A model generated the notes under the pieces. That model was not told where the DNA came from. It ran no database searches and saw only the letters and a program-made list of their open reading frames with translations. From Chrysomallon squamiferum (Eukaryota; Animalia; Mollusca), in assembly GCA_012295275.1 (NCBI GenBank), contig CM022676.1, positions 12,090,001-12,154,000 on the forward strand: 64,000 nucleotides of DNA. The letters run 5' to 3'. Shown here piece after piece: positions 41,418 to 54,060 of this stretch. Each line of letters opens with the position of its first letter. Position 1 is the first letter of the stretch. The position numbers were made by a program, and so were the translations under genes.

Positions 41418-43669
41418 GACACAATGCACAAAAGTTACGTACAAAAAAGAATTTTTTGTTTTGAATAGCAAAGATGGTGGCAAAGAGAACAGAGATAAAA
41501 AAAAAATTATTATTGTGAGTAAAATAAACAAATGTTCCAGGTCCAGCTGATCTGTAGAACAGAGAGAAAATTGTGCAGTTTAACGATGTGTGAAAAGTCA
41601 TAATTCGTGCAGGTATAAGTTAACATGAACAAATTAAACATCAAAATAGAACTGATCTTTGTCAATATGGCTGCCCCCACAGAAATTCGCTGTCATGATG
41701 TGGTAACAGTCTAAACGGCGGTAAGCAGCTCTGTGTGGAAGTGGGCGCAGAAAACAGGAAAACGTGACGTAACCGCTAATAGTCCGCAGTGCATCTCGCG
41801 TAACAAACTCTCTCCACGTCTGCAGCGGAGAGGAATTAATTACAATCACAGCACAAAAATATCTGCAGATTGCTCAAAATGGCGACTTACAGCCCAGTGC
41901 TGACAGTCTGTAGTTTTTCTTGAACCATTCGTCACTGACAGCGTCATGGTGTTTTCACGAAACACAACTACTTGAACACTTTCGCACACAGTATTATTAG
42001 TTTTTTTTGTTTTTTTTCTGGCATCATAATTTCTTTGACATTCTTATACGCTGAGAAGGCTGCTGGTTAAACCTTCTTTCATAATTATTCGGTTGACGAT
42101 AATAATAATCATACGATGATATGATAAAATCGAAATAACTGTTACTACCGCTGCTGTTCCTTCAACTGCAACTACTACTACTACTATTACTACTACTACT
42201 GCTACTACTGCTGCTGCTGCTACAACTACCACTACTAATACTATTACTGATACTGTCAGTGCTGCCTACTACCACAACACTGTTACTATTACAATTGCTA
42301 CTACAACTATTTCATTATTATGCGGAGAGGTGGGTCATGGAAGAAGGAACAAAAGACTATTTTTAAATGAAGCCAGAGTAAACAGAAAAACTCTTCATCG
42401 TGGGTATTTTCAGCATTTGCTCAAGTTTTGTAAATAAAACATTCCATTAAAAAAACAAAACAAAAAACGAAAAAGAAATCAATATATTTGAAAGTTAATT
42501 TTGTAAATAAACTGATTTAATATTGTTATATCGTGTAATAAAAACTGAATTTCATACATACCCGTTAATGCTCTTTTCTTTTGTTGATGTTGTTGCTGTT
42601 GCTGTTGCTGTTTATGTTGCGGTTCTTGTTGCTGTTGATGTCGATGAGATAATAATAATAATAAATAATAATAATGATTGTTACTACGTCATAAACAGTG
42701 TAATGACGTAATGATAGCGTTACTTATTTGTTAAGAAAATACGTCTGAATGATAGTACGTGTGTATTCTGCAGACTGCTTATAAACAAAACATCAGCAGG
42801 TTTACGAACTCATGTAAATGTATTTGTCTACATAGAAGTTCAAATACTGTAAGATTTATTAAAATCATTTTTCTTCTTCTTCTTTTTTTTTTCAGCAGTC
42901 TATGTTTCGATCATAATACTATGAGATTTTTTTTTTTTTTTTTTTTTCCAGAATATACGATATATGCTGTATACAAACACCTGTAATGAAATGATAAGAA
43001 AATAGTTGAAATAAGAAATGACATTTATCTGTTTGAAGTTAACTGAAATTTTTTAGTTAACAGAATAGGAAAGTGATGGTATTACAAATTTAATAATAAT
43101 AAAAGAATAAAACAACAAAAAAAATTAATTTCAATGTCAGGACGTATATGTGTTTTGCATTTATGAACGTGTGGATACCTATAATAAGTGTGTGTGAGTC
43201 TGTATGTATTATATATATAGACAGAAACACACACATACATTCATACATGTGTGTGTGTGTTTTATAAGTAAGTATGTATTATTATTAATTACGATACAAA
43301 CAAATGCAGCCTTGAACCCCAGCCTGCACTGGTGTGATTCTGTTACAATTAGCAGAGCTCTGTAATCTAACACCTCACTGAAATCAGAGAATTGAACTTT
43401 TCTCATTCGTCGAAATAAATTCAAGAATAGCGAGCTGATACTTCATGTTGTGTCTGATTGCACTATCAGCCTGACATTTCATGTTGTGAAAACTTCGATA
43501 CAAGTTAAATATTGATTAAATAACAGAGACAGCAGTTTGTTACTACCACATACGTTCATATGTTTGTTACTACCACATACCTTCAGGTTGTAGAAACGTT
43601 CAAAATCAGGTTCAAATTTCCAACGTTTGATTACTTTTTTCGCTTTGTTTTTGTTTTTCTTTGTTTTTC

Positions 43670-43700
<31 letters not shown>

Positions 43701-43759
43701 TATTCATTTCATATGAAATTCTGACATCTTATCCATTAATATGTGGATTGGACATCATC

Positions 43760-43875
<116 letters not shown>

Positions 43876-45340
43876 AAGAAAGAAACAATAAGAAAAAATT
43901 AAAAGAAAATAATAATAAAATAAAGAAAAATAAATTAAAGAAAAGAAGAAGATATAGAAAAATAAAAAAAAACACTACAGGCAGGCGGTTACTAAGTTAT
44001 TACATCGTTCATGGAGCGACACAGCTGGAGTTTACCTTGTCAATATCACTAACACGTTGGGAACCAGTCAAATTAATTAGGTTCTCATCCACAACGCGAA
44101 TTTCCGAGATCACGAGACTTGAAGATTTCCAATCGATTAGGTCACTTGTCCGAAAGCGGAACACCCTGCCTCAGGTCAGGGTTGAATTACGGATGTTAAT
44201 ACGCTCCATCAGCCAAGTAAAAAACGTAACCTTTTCTTCACGGCTTAAAAATATATTTGAAACACACGCAATAATTAGAAAATAGAAAATAAAAACCTGG
44301 AAATAATTCATGTGTTCTCAAACGCTCACTGAAATTAGCAGATTTCATTAAACATCCTGGCGGTTTTTGTTTTCACGAAAGAAAACTTTTATGACATGCA
44401 AACAGCAAATTTTGATTTTATTTTTAATATTTTTACACAATATTTACGTCTTATTTGGCTTTACCTGCACGAAAACACTCTAAGATTTTTTTTTTTTTTT
44501 TTAATTTTTTTTTTACTAAATTTAACTTTTTCCAATTGAGGAATACTTGCAGACGACAGCTGCAGGCAGAAACGAGCTAGTGACAGCATGAATACACAAA
44601 CCAAGTGACGTAATGTTTGAATTACGTAATGAGACGAAATTCGAGACGATATGCTACGAAAAATGGCAAATAATTTCTTCTGTATCATTTAACTTCCCGA
44701 TATTTTGCAAGATTTTTATTATTCTTTTTTTTTTTTTTTTTTTCCTGTCAGAATTTAAAAATAAATACACACGTACAAAAATACTTACATGTATATATAT
44801 CTGTCCGTCACGTGCAGAAATATACACATGCACTGAACTGTTGTACACATCGATTTAGTTTATTTGAAAATTATTTTATTAATAATAAAATTAATAATGG
44901 TAATAAATAAAAAAAAAAAAAAAGATAAAAGGATAAAAGAAATCTGTTCTTATAGAAATATTCGGTACGTTGTATTCTACGTGTGTCTGTACTTCTTGTG
45001 TCTGTATTTATGTAATGTCCTATGTGAATCTTTCGAATGACAAATTTAGAAAAGCAACCTCATCTTCAATGACTACTTTCATACTTTTCGTCTCATCTTT
45101 GTTTTTTTTCTGTCCCCCCCCCATCTCATTATTTGTTATTATTTTTTCTTCTTCTTCTTCTTTCTTTCCTTCAGGCGTTTTTCTCTTGAACTTTTGTGAT
45201 GAAATCATTTATTGCAACTAACGATATAAAACAAGGTTGTTCAGGTTCTTGTGTTGTTTGCTGAATTTCGGAAAAAATGAAAGAAAATAAAAGACTGAGG
45301 AAAAAATTATAGTTCGAATATCTCATTAGTAAAAGAAAAG

Positions 45341-45825
<485 letters not shown>

Positions 45826-45828
<3 letters not shown>

Positions 45829-45909
45829 ACACACACTCACACACATATATACGTATTTATTTATATATGTACGTATATGTATATGCGTGTGTATGTATGT
45901 ATATATATG

Positions 45910-45984
<75 letters not shown>

Positions 45985-47199
45985 TTCTCAGATTTGCTAG
46001 GTCAGTACATTTATCAATCGAGCAGATACGGGTGGATGGATTCCAGCGCGGTGGTTCGAAGTTACCTAGTTTTGTATTATCTCCCTATCAACAGCAGAAA
46101 CAGCCATATCTCATATCACGTATATTTGTTGTTTATAGGTTTGAGAATACAAATCAGAAAATAAAATAATTTGCTCTTATTCTTAAATAGATTTATATTA
46201 AGCTTCCCTTTGTGAAGAAATGGGATTTACCTGCACTATAAATAGCAAGTCTAAAAATAAACAGTTGGATGTGTTTACAATAAACATAAAATTACGATTA
46301 TATACAATTACGTTTAATCCTCCATTTTATCTGATATTGTCACATAAACCTTTACTTTCAGATAAATAACCAACGACGATAAAAACTCAGAACAGCCATA
46401 ATAAAAATATGAATTACACCTGTGTCATGTGACCTAATGAAAATGTATTTACAATGAGACAGATCTTTGGTACGTATCTTCGACCGATCGTGCAAAGCAT
46501 TTATTCAAACATGTCCAGTCAATACATCTAATGAGCGCAGATCTGTGAATGGCTATATAACACAAGCACACACATACATATAACACATACACATACATAT
46601 TAAAATATATAATACACACACTATCATATATATAACACAGACACACTCACATACCTATATAATACTGAACATTCACACGTATATATCACACCACACACAT
46701 ACATATATAATACACTTATACGTTAATAATGTACGCACATTCACATATACATATGTATAATATACACACACTCACATAAACGTATATAAGAGACACATAT
46801 CCTCACGTATACATAAACTTGGTATACGGGTGGGGACCAGTAATTGGACAAGTTGAAATCGCCGCACAGTCAATTTTACAACTTTATTTCTGTTGCAAAA
46901 GAATCCGGATAAAAATCTATTTTGTCATTACAGATAATATTAGATTTGTTTATCGATCTACATAATTAATATTCCTATCCGATAGACCTGCCATAATATA
47001 CCAAATAGTCATTGGTGCATAACATTCATTCTATCGAGCTTAATTTATATAAAATAATAACGCATTTAATTACAGTAAAATTTAATTTCAGACATCAAGA
47101 AGTCAATAAAACATCGTTTTTAGAGTATCTAGATTTCAATGCAGGCACACTCCCGAAACCCTTAACAAATTCAGTTGTTCCGACAGACATTTATGTATT

Positions 47200-47202
<3 letters not shown>
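45826..47202 (+). repeat. ~1.4-kb dispersed repeat, copy 2, between (CT)n tracts
   Basis: Same orientation as 19582-20982, with scattered substitutions and small indels. Confidence 0.9.
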
Positions 47203-47273
<71 letters not shown>

Positions 47274-48099
47274 ACAATACCATCATCGTGTCCTTTCAAA
47301 TATTTATTCATGAGTAATGCAAGAACGCATAAATATATACCATCCATTTTTAATTATAAAAAATTCATGTTTATAAATAAAGAACACTTTTTTTAAAAGC
47401 ACAATAACAAACAGTTAGATGTATGAATTATTTTGATTTCATAAATTTGTTTGGTTAAAATATTGTCGAAAATAAAGGGGAATAACTCCATTTAGGTAAT
47501 AGAATTTCTCTCTGATAATTATTACCACTGCTGTGAAGATTGGTGATTTCCAAGCTGAAACTGGAATTGAGATCTCTGCCAATGACAAAAATAGACAAAC
47601 GTAGTTACATGTTACCAGTTCTTACTTAACAGATTACCAGACAAACTGAAAGTTTTCCTGAATCTTCCCTCACATGACACAACAATCTACATTTCAGAAA
47701 CCCTCATTCTTTTCTCCGTCCTGGCAAACAGAAATACAAGTCAGAGGTTATGACCCTCCAGGGAAACGCATACATCTTTTACAAACACATCGGCATACAT
47801 ATGTACACACATAACCATAAACATGCACACGTACACACGTGCATGCACACATACACCCATGTACATACATATATATATACCATGACCTAAGTAGACTGTT
47901 TTTGAAATGTGAAAAAAACACTAAATCGCCGATAAACCTGTTTGATGTCTGTTGTCTTTGAAGTCACTTATGTCTTTCAGCGCAACGATGTCGGTAGACT
48001 TCAAACGGTAGTCGTAGACATAAACAAATTTATTCAGTGGATATCGTTACTATCGGAATAGAGATTTATATTTTATTTTTATTTTTTAAATAAAATATT

Positions 48100-48136
<37 letters not shown>

Positions 48137-48820
48137 ATAATTTAAAATAGTAATAATAATAATAAAAAATACTCAATTTTGGTATGAGGCATTTGCCTCA
48201 ATGTAGTTATGGCTCTGCATACATATATACACATAAAATATACACATGGACGCACACATACCCACTTACATGCAGATACGCACACTCATACACCTATATA
48301 CACGCACGCACGCACACATTGCAGGGAGAGCTAACGTGTGCACGCCTATAAAATAGGAACTATGTTAAATAATTGTCTTGACAAAGATTTTGTGCAACAG
48401 CTATAAAACATTATCTGGAACGGGAAATCTCTAACAATTCAGTAAAATAACTGATCATACACCACTAACCACTGGGCAACCTCTAACCTAGTCATCTCGT
48501 GACTTTATGTTAAAAGAAGACTTGTTTTCTTTCTTTCTTTATCCTTTCTTTCTTTCTTTCTTTTTCTTTTTGTTTTACTTTCACTCATTCATTCATTCAT
48601 TTTCTTTCGTTCGTTCTTTCCAAAATTTAAGAGAATTGTTTTAAATAATCATGATATAATGGTGTCGGTGTACTATTAATAAGTAACTGTTATAGTTTGG
48701 AAATACTGATGCAGTTATTAGGTTTCTCATTAGTATTGCTGTTGTTGTTGCTGCTTCTGTTTTTAAATGAATATAACAATAATTATCTTTGTTAATGGTG
48801 GCCAATTGCTTTTCCCGCGT

Positions 48821-49461
48821 AAAGTCACAGGAAAAAAGTCACAATTTTTTAATTAAAATTAAGAAATATATTAGAAATGAAAGATGGATGAAGCACATGT
48901 TCTTTGATTTTAATGTTGGTTTGGTTTAGGTGGATATTCTACCCAATACCACGAAGAAAATCTTCCACAGTCGCAAACTGCTGTCCTCAAGGCTCTCTCT
49001 GTAAGTCTGTTATCACTGAACCTCGACAATTACAACTAGATTTTCTTATGCATTTCCACCACAACTATGTTTTGCGAGTTGCATGTTTGGTATACATGAA
49101 CCCCTCCTAACATATTTTTGTTACCACCCTTATTGGTATGAATAACTTCCACAATAAACATACTTCTCATACTAGAGCAAGCTGGAGAATATATAGTGAA
49201 ACATATTTTAACCGGGGACATTTTATAAATCATTTCCAAAAGGAAGCCCTTAGTTTAAATCTATCCTAATCAGTAAGCTAAACCATAGCTAGGCCCAATA
49301 TGAGGACCCTTTCTTTAATCTAGCCAAATCAATACCCTTAAGAATTACCCCATGCATACTATGATGCCATATTCAATAATCTACGAATTCATACATTTTG
49401 TGACTTTTTTCCGTTTAATATTTTTTCCTGTACTAAACAGTGATTTGTTTTTTCCAGTCAC
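48821..49461 (-). mobile_element. Internally deleted Mutator-like element (MULE) relic
   Basis: Inverted ends ggaaaaaagtcacaa (48830-48844) and ttgtgacttttttcc (49398-49412). The minus strand reads VEVIHTNKGGNK / (frameshift) IC*EGFMYTKHATRKT*LWWKCIRKSSCNCRGSV (FLYWCH-like), joined to EDFLRGIG*NI (MULE C-terminus-like). Confidence 0.7.
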
Positions 49462-50809
49462 CGATCGAAATAGTCCGATATTAGCCGAATAGTTCCGAGA
49501 ACTAGATTAGACTAAAACGTGACAAAATAATTATAAAGGAACAGTCTGATCTGTAAGAAAGCGGGCCTGTCGTAGACGTGCTTCACAACATCTTGCTCCG
49601 ATTGGCAGGCTAATTTTTTTCAATACAAAAATAAACCTGCAGTTATTCTTCTCAGTTCAACTTTTTCAGCGACTGAAAATTATAACGCAGTATTTTTTGT
49701 CATCAACAGGAAGGTAAAAATTACGTCACCGGAAATTTCGCCATTTAATCGATACAAACAACACCAAATTTCATAAGTGTTCTTTTTGCTGGGTTCTGAT
49801 AGAGGAACATTGACAAATACAGTAACAAAAGGTAATATATTAATCTTATTAGGAATAAGGGCTTCCTTCATAATAAAAAGTTTCGAGAAATGGAGTAAAA
49901 TAGTTGAATTTGGCAGTTTAAAACGCCGATCCGACGCTTTCTGAGCGCTGACGGAAACGTGTACAAATCCAAGATAGCGTGCGTCGAACGCTGTTAGTGT
50001 TTGCAAACATTTAAACGTGTTTTTTCATATTGCAATCAATTTTATATTTTTATTAAAAGTATTTTGGGGAAAGATATCATATAATCCACGCCTCATATAT
50101 ATATATATATATGTTATTGAGTACTAATTACGCAGTATACTGCAAAGGCGGAAAAGGGTTTCTTTCTAGCTTCATTCATTCATTTATTTATTGCTGTAAC
50201 TTCTTCATACGAAAATTCATACATGTGTAAAGTTCCATACTGTATTCTTTTTCACATATTATTTATATATTATTTTTGTTATCAGAATACAAACATCATG
50301 TGAATGTCTCCAGCCCATTCAGATTATTCTGTATTTTTCCATGTCTATGTTGGATATCGGGATATGCAAAATTGTTCTGTATGCCCGTACTTTATTTTCA
50401 CTTGTGTATTATTCACAGGCACCTGTAACCGGTGGTGGTGTTAGGTGACATCAATTTCAGTTTCTCATTGAATCTTGAGCAACATACAACTGTTCATAGA
50501 ATTTGACAAAAGTTTTAGTTTCACATCCGTCAGTGACAAACTGCACAAAAAGGCATCTGCATTTTTGGAATTGTTACCACTTTTTTTTTTTTTTAAATCT
50601 GGCATGTGAGGTACACTGTGGGGTATACATAACTTCATCTGTCTATCCGATGACTGAAGTCTTTGCTATCTGCTGTGTTGGAAAAAGTTAAATATATATT
50701 GTTCACATTAAAATATACCTAAATTTCCTGGAGATAAGAAAAGTTTACAATTCTACACAAACAGTTAATACAGGTGGAATTCCTACTAAAACATAGTCCT
50801 CAATCAGCC

Positions 50810-52010
50810 ATGGATGCTGCAAAAATTAAACTGAAACGTAAACTTGACACTGACTTGAAAACATATAAAATAACCAAAACCAAAGGTACAGACTGTACTA
50901 TAGCTGATTAGATTTAGCTATGAACTGTCCCAGTAATATTTTAATAACAAATATATGCAGTGAAAAACAAATGTGCAATGAAAAAAAAAAATTCCGTAAA
51001 TGTAGAGATAGACAGTCTATCCAAAACAGTGCAGGCACTTAAAAAGCAAACAGTAAATATTCAAATATCAAATGAAGTTTTAAGAAAGAGAAATGAAAAA
51101 TAAATGTTATTCCAAAGAAAAAAACATTAATGTGCACATTACAAATTAAAAGAATGAAATATAATAGTCTGTGTTCAAAATACAATTAAAATCCAAAAAT
51201 GCCATCAAATATGTAACAAAAATTGGAGATCTACAAGAAAATGCAAGTTCATTAAAGAGAGAGAGATAAAGATTTTGAAAAAACAGGCCATTGCATCAGA
51301 AAAGGAGAAAAAGAACTAGAAAACGCAATGAATGTGAAACACGTGACATGAATGAAAATAGACTTACTGAGGAAAATTGTATTTTGAAGCAAAGTTTAAC
51401 GTACGTAGAACAGTTACTGAAAGATGACAAATCTAATGTAATAACCACACCTGAATCGGAGAAAAATGCCTATACACCAGAGACAGTCTGTTGTGTAAAG
51501 AATCTGTTGGCTCAGGGTGTCAGTGTCCACCATGTAAGCAAAGTAATGATGCATGTGGCTGACCTGTGTGGCAAAACATTTTCCAAACTGCCTTCAGTTT
51601 CAACCATTAATCGAATTGCCAATCAACTAGTAACTGTTACCTATATGCAGATTTCTGAAGACTTGTGAGATAAAATGAATACAACTTTACTATCTCATGA
51701 ACATAGAAAGAATGGTGACAGTTAGGAAATGTTTTCTGTGAGGGATGATAAAGCAAAAGAGCAGGGACTTGGACTGCAAGATATGTCTGATAAAAGTTCA
51801 GCAACTTGTTTGAATACTCTGAAATCCATCGTTAATGACATTGAAGAATGTACATATACACCAGCTGGAAAGACGATGTTGATTAACATAAAAAATACAA
51901 TGTCAGACAGAGCAGCCACAGAGAAGAAATTTCATAATCTATTACAGTCTTAAAGACAAGAGCTATTATAAATCAATTATGACTCAATAACCATGATCAT
52001 ATTGCACACT
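50810..52010 (+). mobile_element. Degenerate DNA transposon ORF (coiled coil, then RNase H/DDE-like transposase fragment), 3'-truncated
   Basis: ORFs 51291-51668 and 51729-51953 share one frame, separated by two stops. Motifs LPSVSTINRI, NTTL, LGLQDMSDKSSATCL and IKNTMSDRAATEKKF recall an invertebrate transposase-like family. Superfamily not assigned. Confidence 0.6.
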
Positions 52011-52230
52011 TGTATATAACTTTACATTTATGTGTTTCTATCATATATTTTTGGACTTTCATGTGTTAGTGTCTTAATATATGCCTATATTTTTATATAT
52101 AGTTTTCATATATCATACTAATGTATTTTTATGTTTTCTGTCTTAGAATATCAAATTAATATATCTTCTACTTTTGTTTTTATTTATTTAATATTTTTAT
52201 TTATTTATTTATTTATTTTCTGTATTCCAT

Positions 52231-52278
52231 TGAGATGAAAATACCAAGACAAGCAGAAAAGAAACAAGTACAAGATCA
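52231..52278 (+). pseudogene. Dead, truncated copy of the EMKISRQ exon (module copy A)
   Basis: The acceptor reads ttccat instead of ttccag. After gtacaagatca the sequence jumps to intron sequence found at ~54223 in copy B. Confidence 0.8.
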
Positions 52279-52473
52279 AACTGATTGTTTTTCTGTTTCT
52301 TGTTAATCTTTATCTCTAACAATTACAAAAAATGTTTAGAAAAATAAAATTACACTAACAACCGCTAAAATAATATTTGTGTTTGTTCCTAGTTACATTC
52401 TTACTGTTATTTTTGAAAACATTTTCTTCTTGTAATTTACTTTTACGAATTTTTTATATATTTTTGATTTTAG

Positions 52474-52604
52474 ATGAAGGCTAAGAAGACAAAGAAAAAG
52501 AAGAAAAGTAAGATGAATGTACAGGAGGAGGTGAACTTCACAGACAAGAAGGAAACACAGCTAGAGAGTGAGTTCACAGTCTCCAATGACAGTGATGAAT
52601 CGAG
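52474..52604 (+). CDS. TTC3: Lys-rich exon, copy A ([43 protein letters not shown]); possible start exon
   Basis: ttttag|ATG acceptor and AG|gtaaac donor; near-identical to 54415-54545 and 61418-61548. Confidence 0.55.
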
Positions 52605-54025
52605 GTAAACACAGAAAACTGTAAACATACAAACACAAACACATCTTCAGTTAAACACAGAATCACAAACAAACCTTCAGTAAGTTTTTCATGTAAATAT
52701 TAACACCCATGTGTCAAAGTAATTTTTTAATTTAAATATTAAAAGATAAATGTATGTGTATGTCTTTATTTGAAATATTAAAAAAAAAACACTGTCAAAG
52801 TAAGTTTTTAATTTAAATATTAAAACACCACTTTCAACACACATTTTTAATTTAAATATTAAACCAGCACTATTGAAGTAAGGCTTTAATTTGATTATTA
52901 AAACATCACTGACAAAACAAGTTTTTAATTTGAACAGTAAAACATCACTTGAAAGTAACTTTTTAATTTACATATTAAAGCACCCCTTTCAAAGTAAGTT
53001 TTTAATTTCAAATATTAAAACATTGTCAAAGGAAGTTCTTAATTTAAATACTAAAATGTAACTGTCAAAGTAAAGTTTTAACTGAGATATTAAAACAACC
53101 ACAATCAAGATAAGTTTTTAGTTTTAATATTAAAATGTAACTGTGAAATTAAGTTTGTAATTAAATATTAAAACAAAGCTCTTCAGTTTGAAAACGCTGG
53201 CATCTTATTTACTTTTTTGATATAAATATTAAACTATAAAGTGCTGTCAAGATGAATGAAGTTTGACATAACACAAATAAATTGTTTTTATATGTTTGTA
53301 TTTTTATACTGTTTGATTTATTTCTTTTATTATTATTTTTATTTATTTTTATCTTTTGTTGTATATTTTGATTTAATTTATATTTAATTTCATATAACTT
53401 CACATTTATGTGTTTCTATAATATATTTTTGGACTTTCATATGTTATTGTCTCAATATATGTTTATATTTTTTATATATAGTTTTCATATTTCATACTAA
53501 TGTATTTTTATATGTTTTTCTGTTTGGAAATATCATATTAATATATCTTCTATTTTTATATTTTTATTTAATTATTATTTTTATTTATTAATTTATTTAT
53601 TGTTTGTATTCCAGTGAGATGAAAATATCAAGACAAGCAGAAAAGAAACGAGTACAAGGTCAGCAACAACAACAACAACAACAACATGCACTGACAGAGA
53701 AGAACCAGAACAGTGGAAACCAGCTGTTCCAAGAAGCCACTGATCAGCGTAAATATTGATTAATTCATTTATTGTTAAATGTAAATGTTGTTAAACGTAA
53801 ATGTCATATAAATTATGTATTATATTGTGATAAATGTAAATATTCTATTACTTATAAATACTTACATAAATATCATGTGAGATATATTGTATTGAGATAA
53901 ACATAAAGTTATATATTGTATCTGATAAATGTAAATATAAGTTATTCAATATATTATAGTAAATCTAATTATGACATTTAAACACTGTATTGTTTTGTAA
54001 TGTAAATATTGTATAATTGTTATTG

Positions 54026-54060
<35 letters not shown>

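Noticed and set aside
48184-48217. tgaggcatttgcctca hairpin plus gtagttatggctctg resembling a Harbinger-type MITE end
   Set aside because: No matching opposite terminus found in the window.
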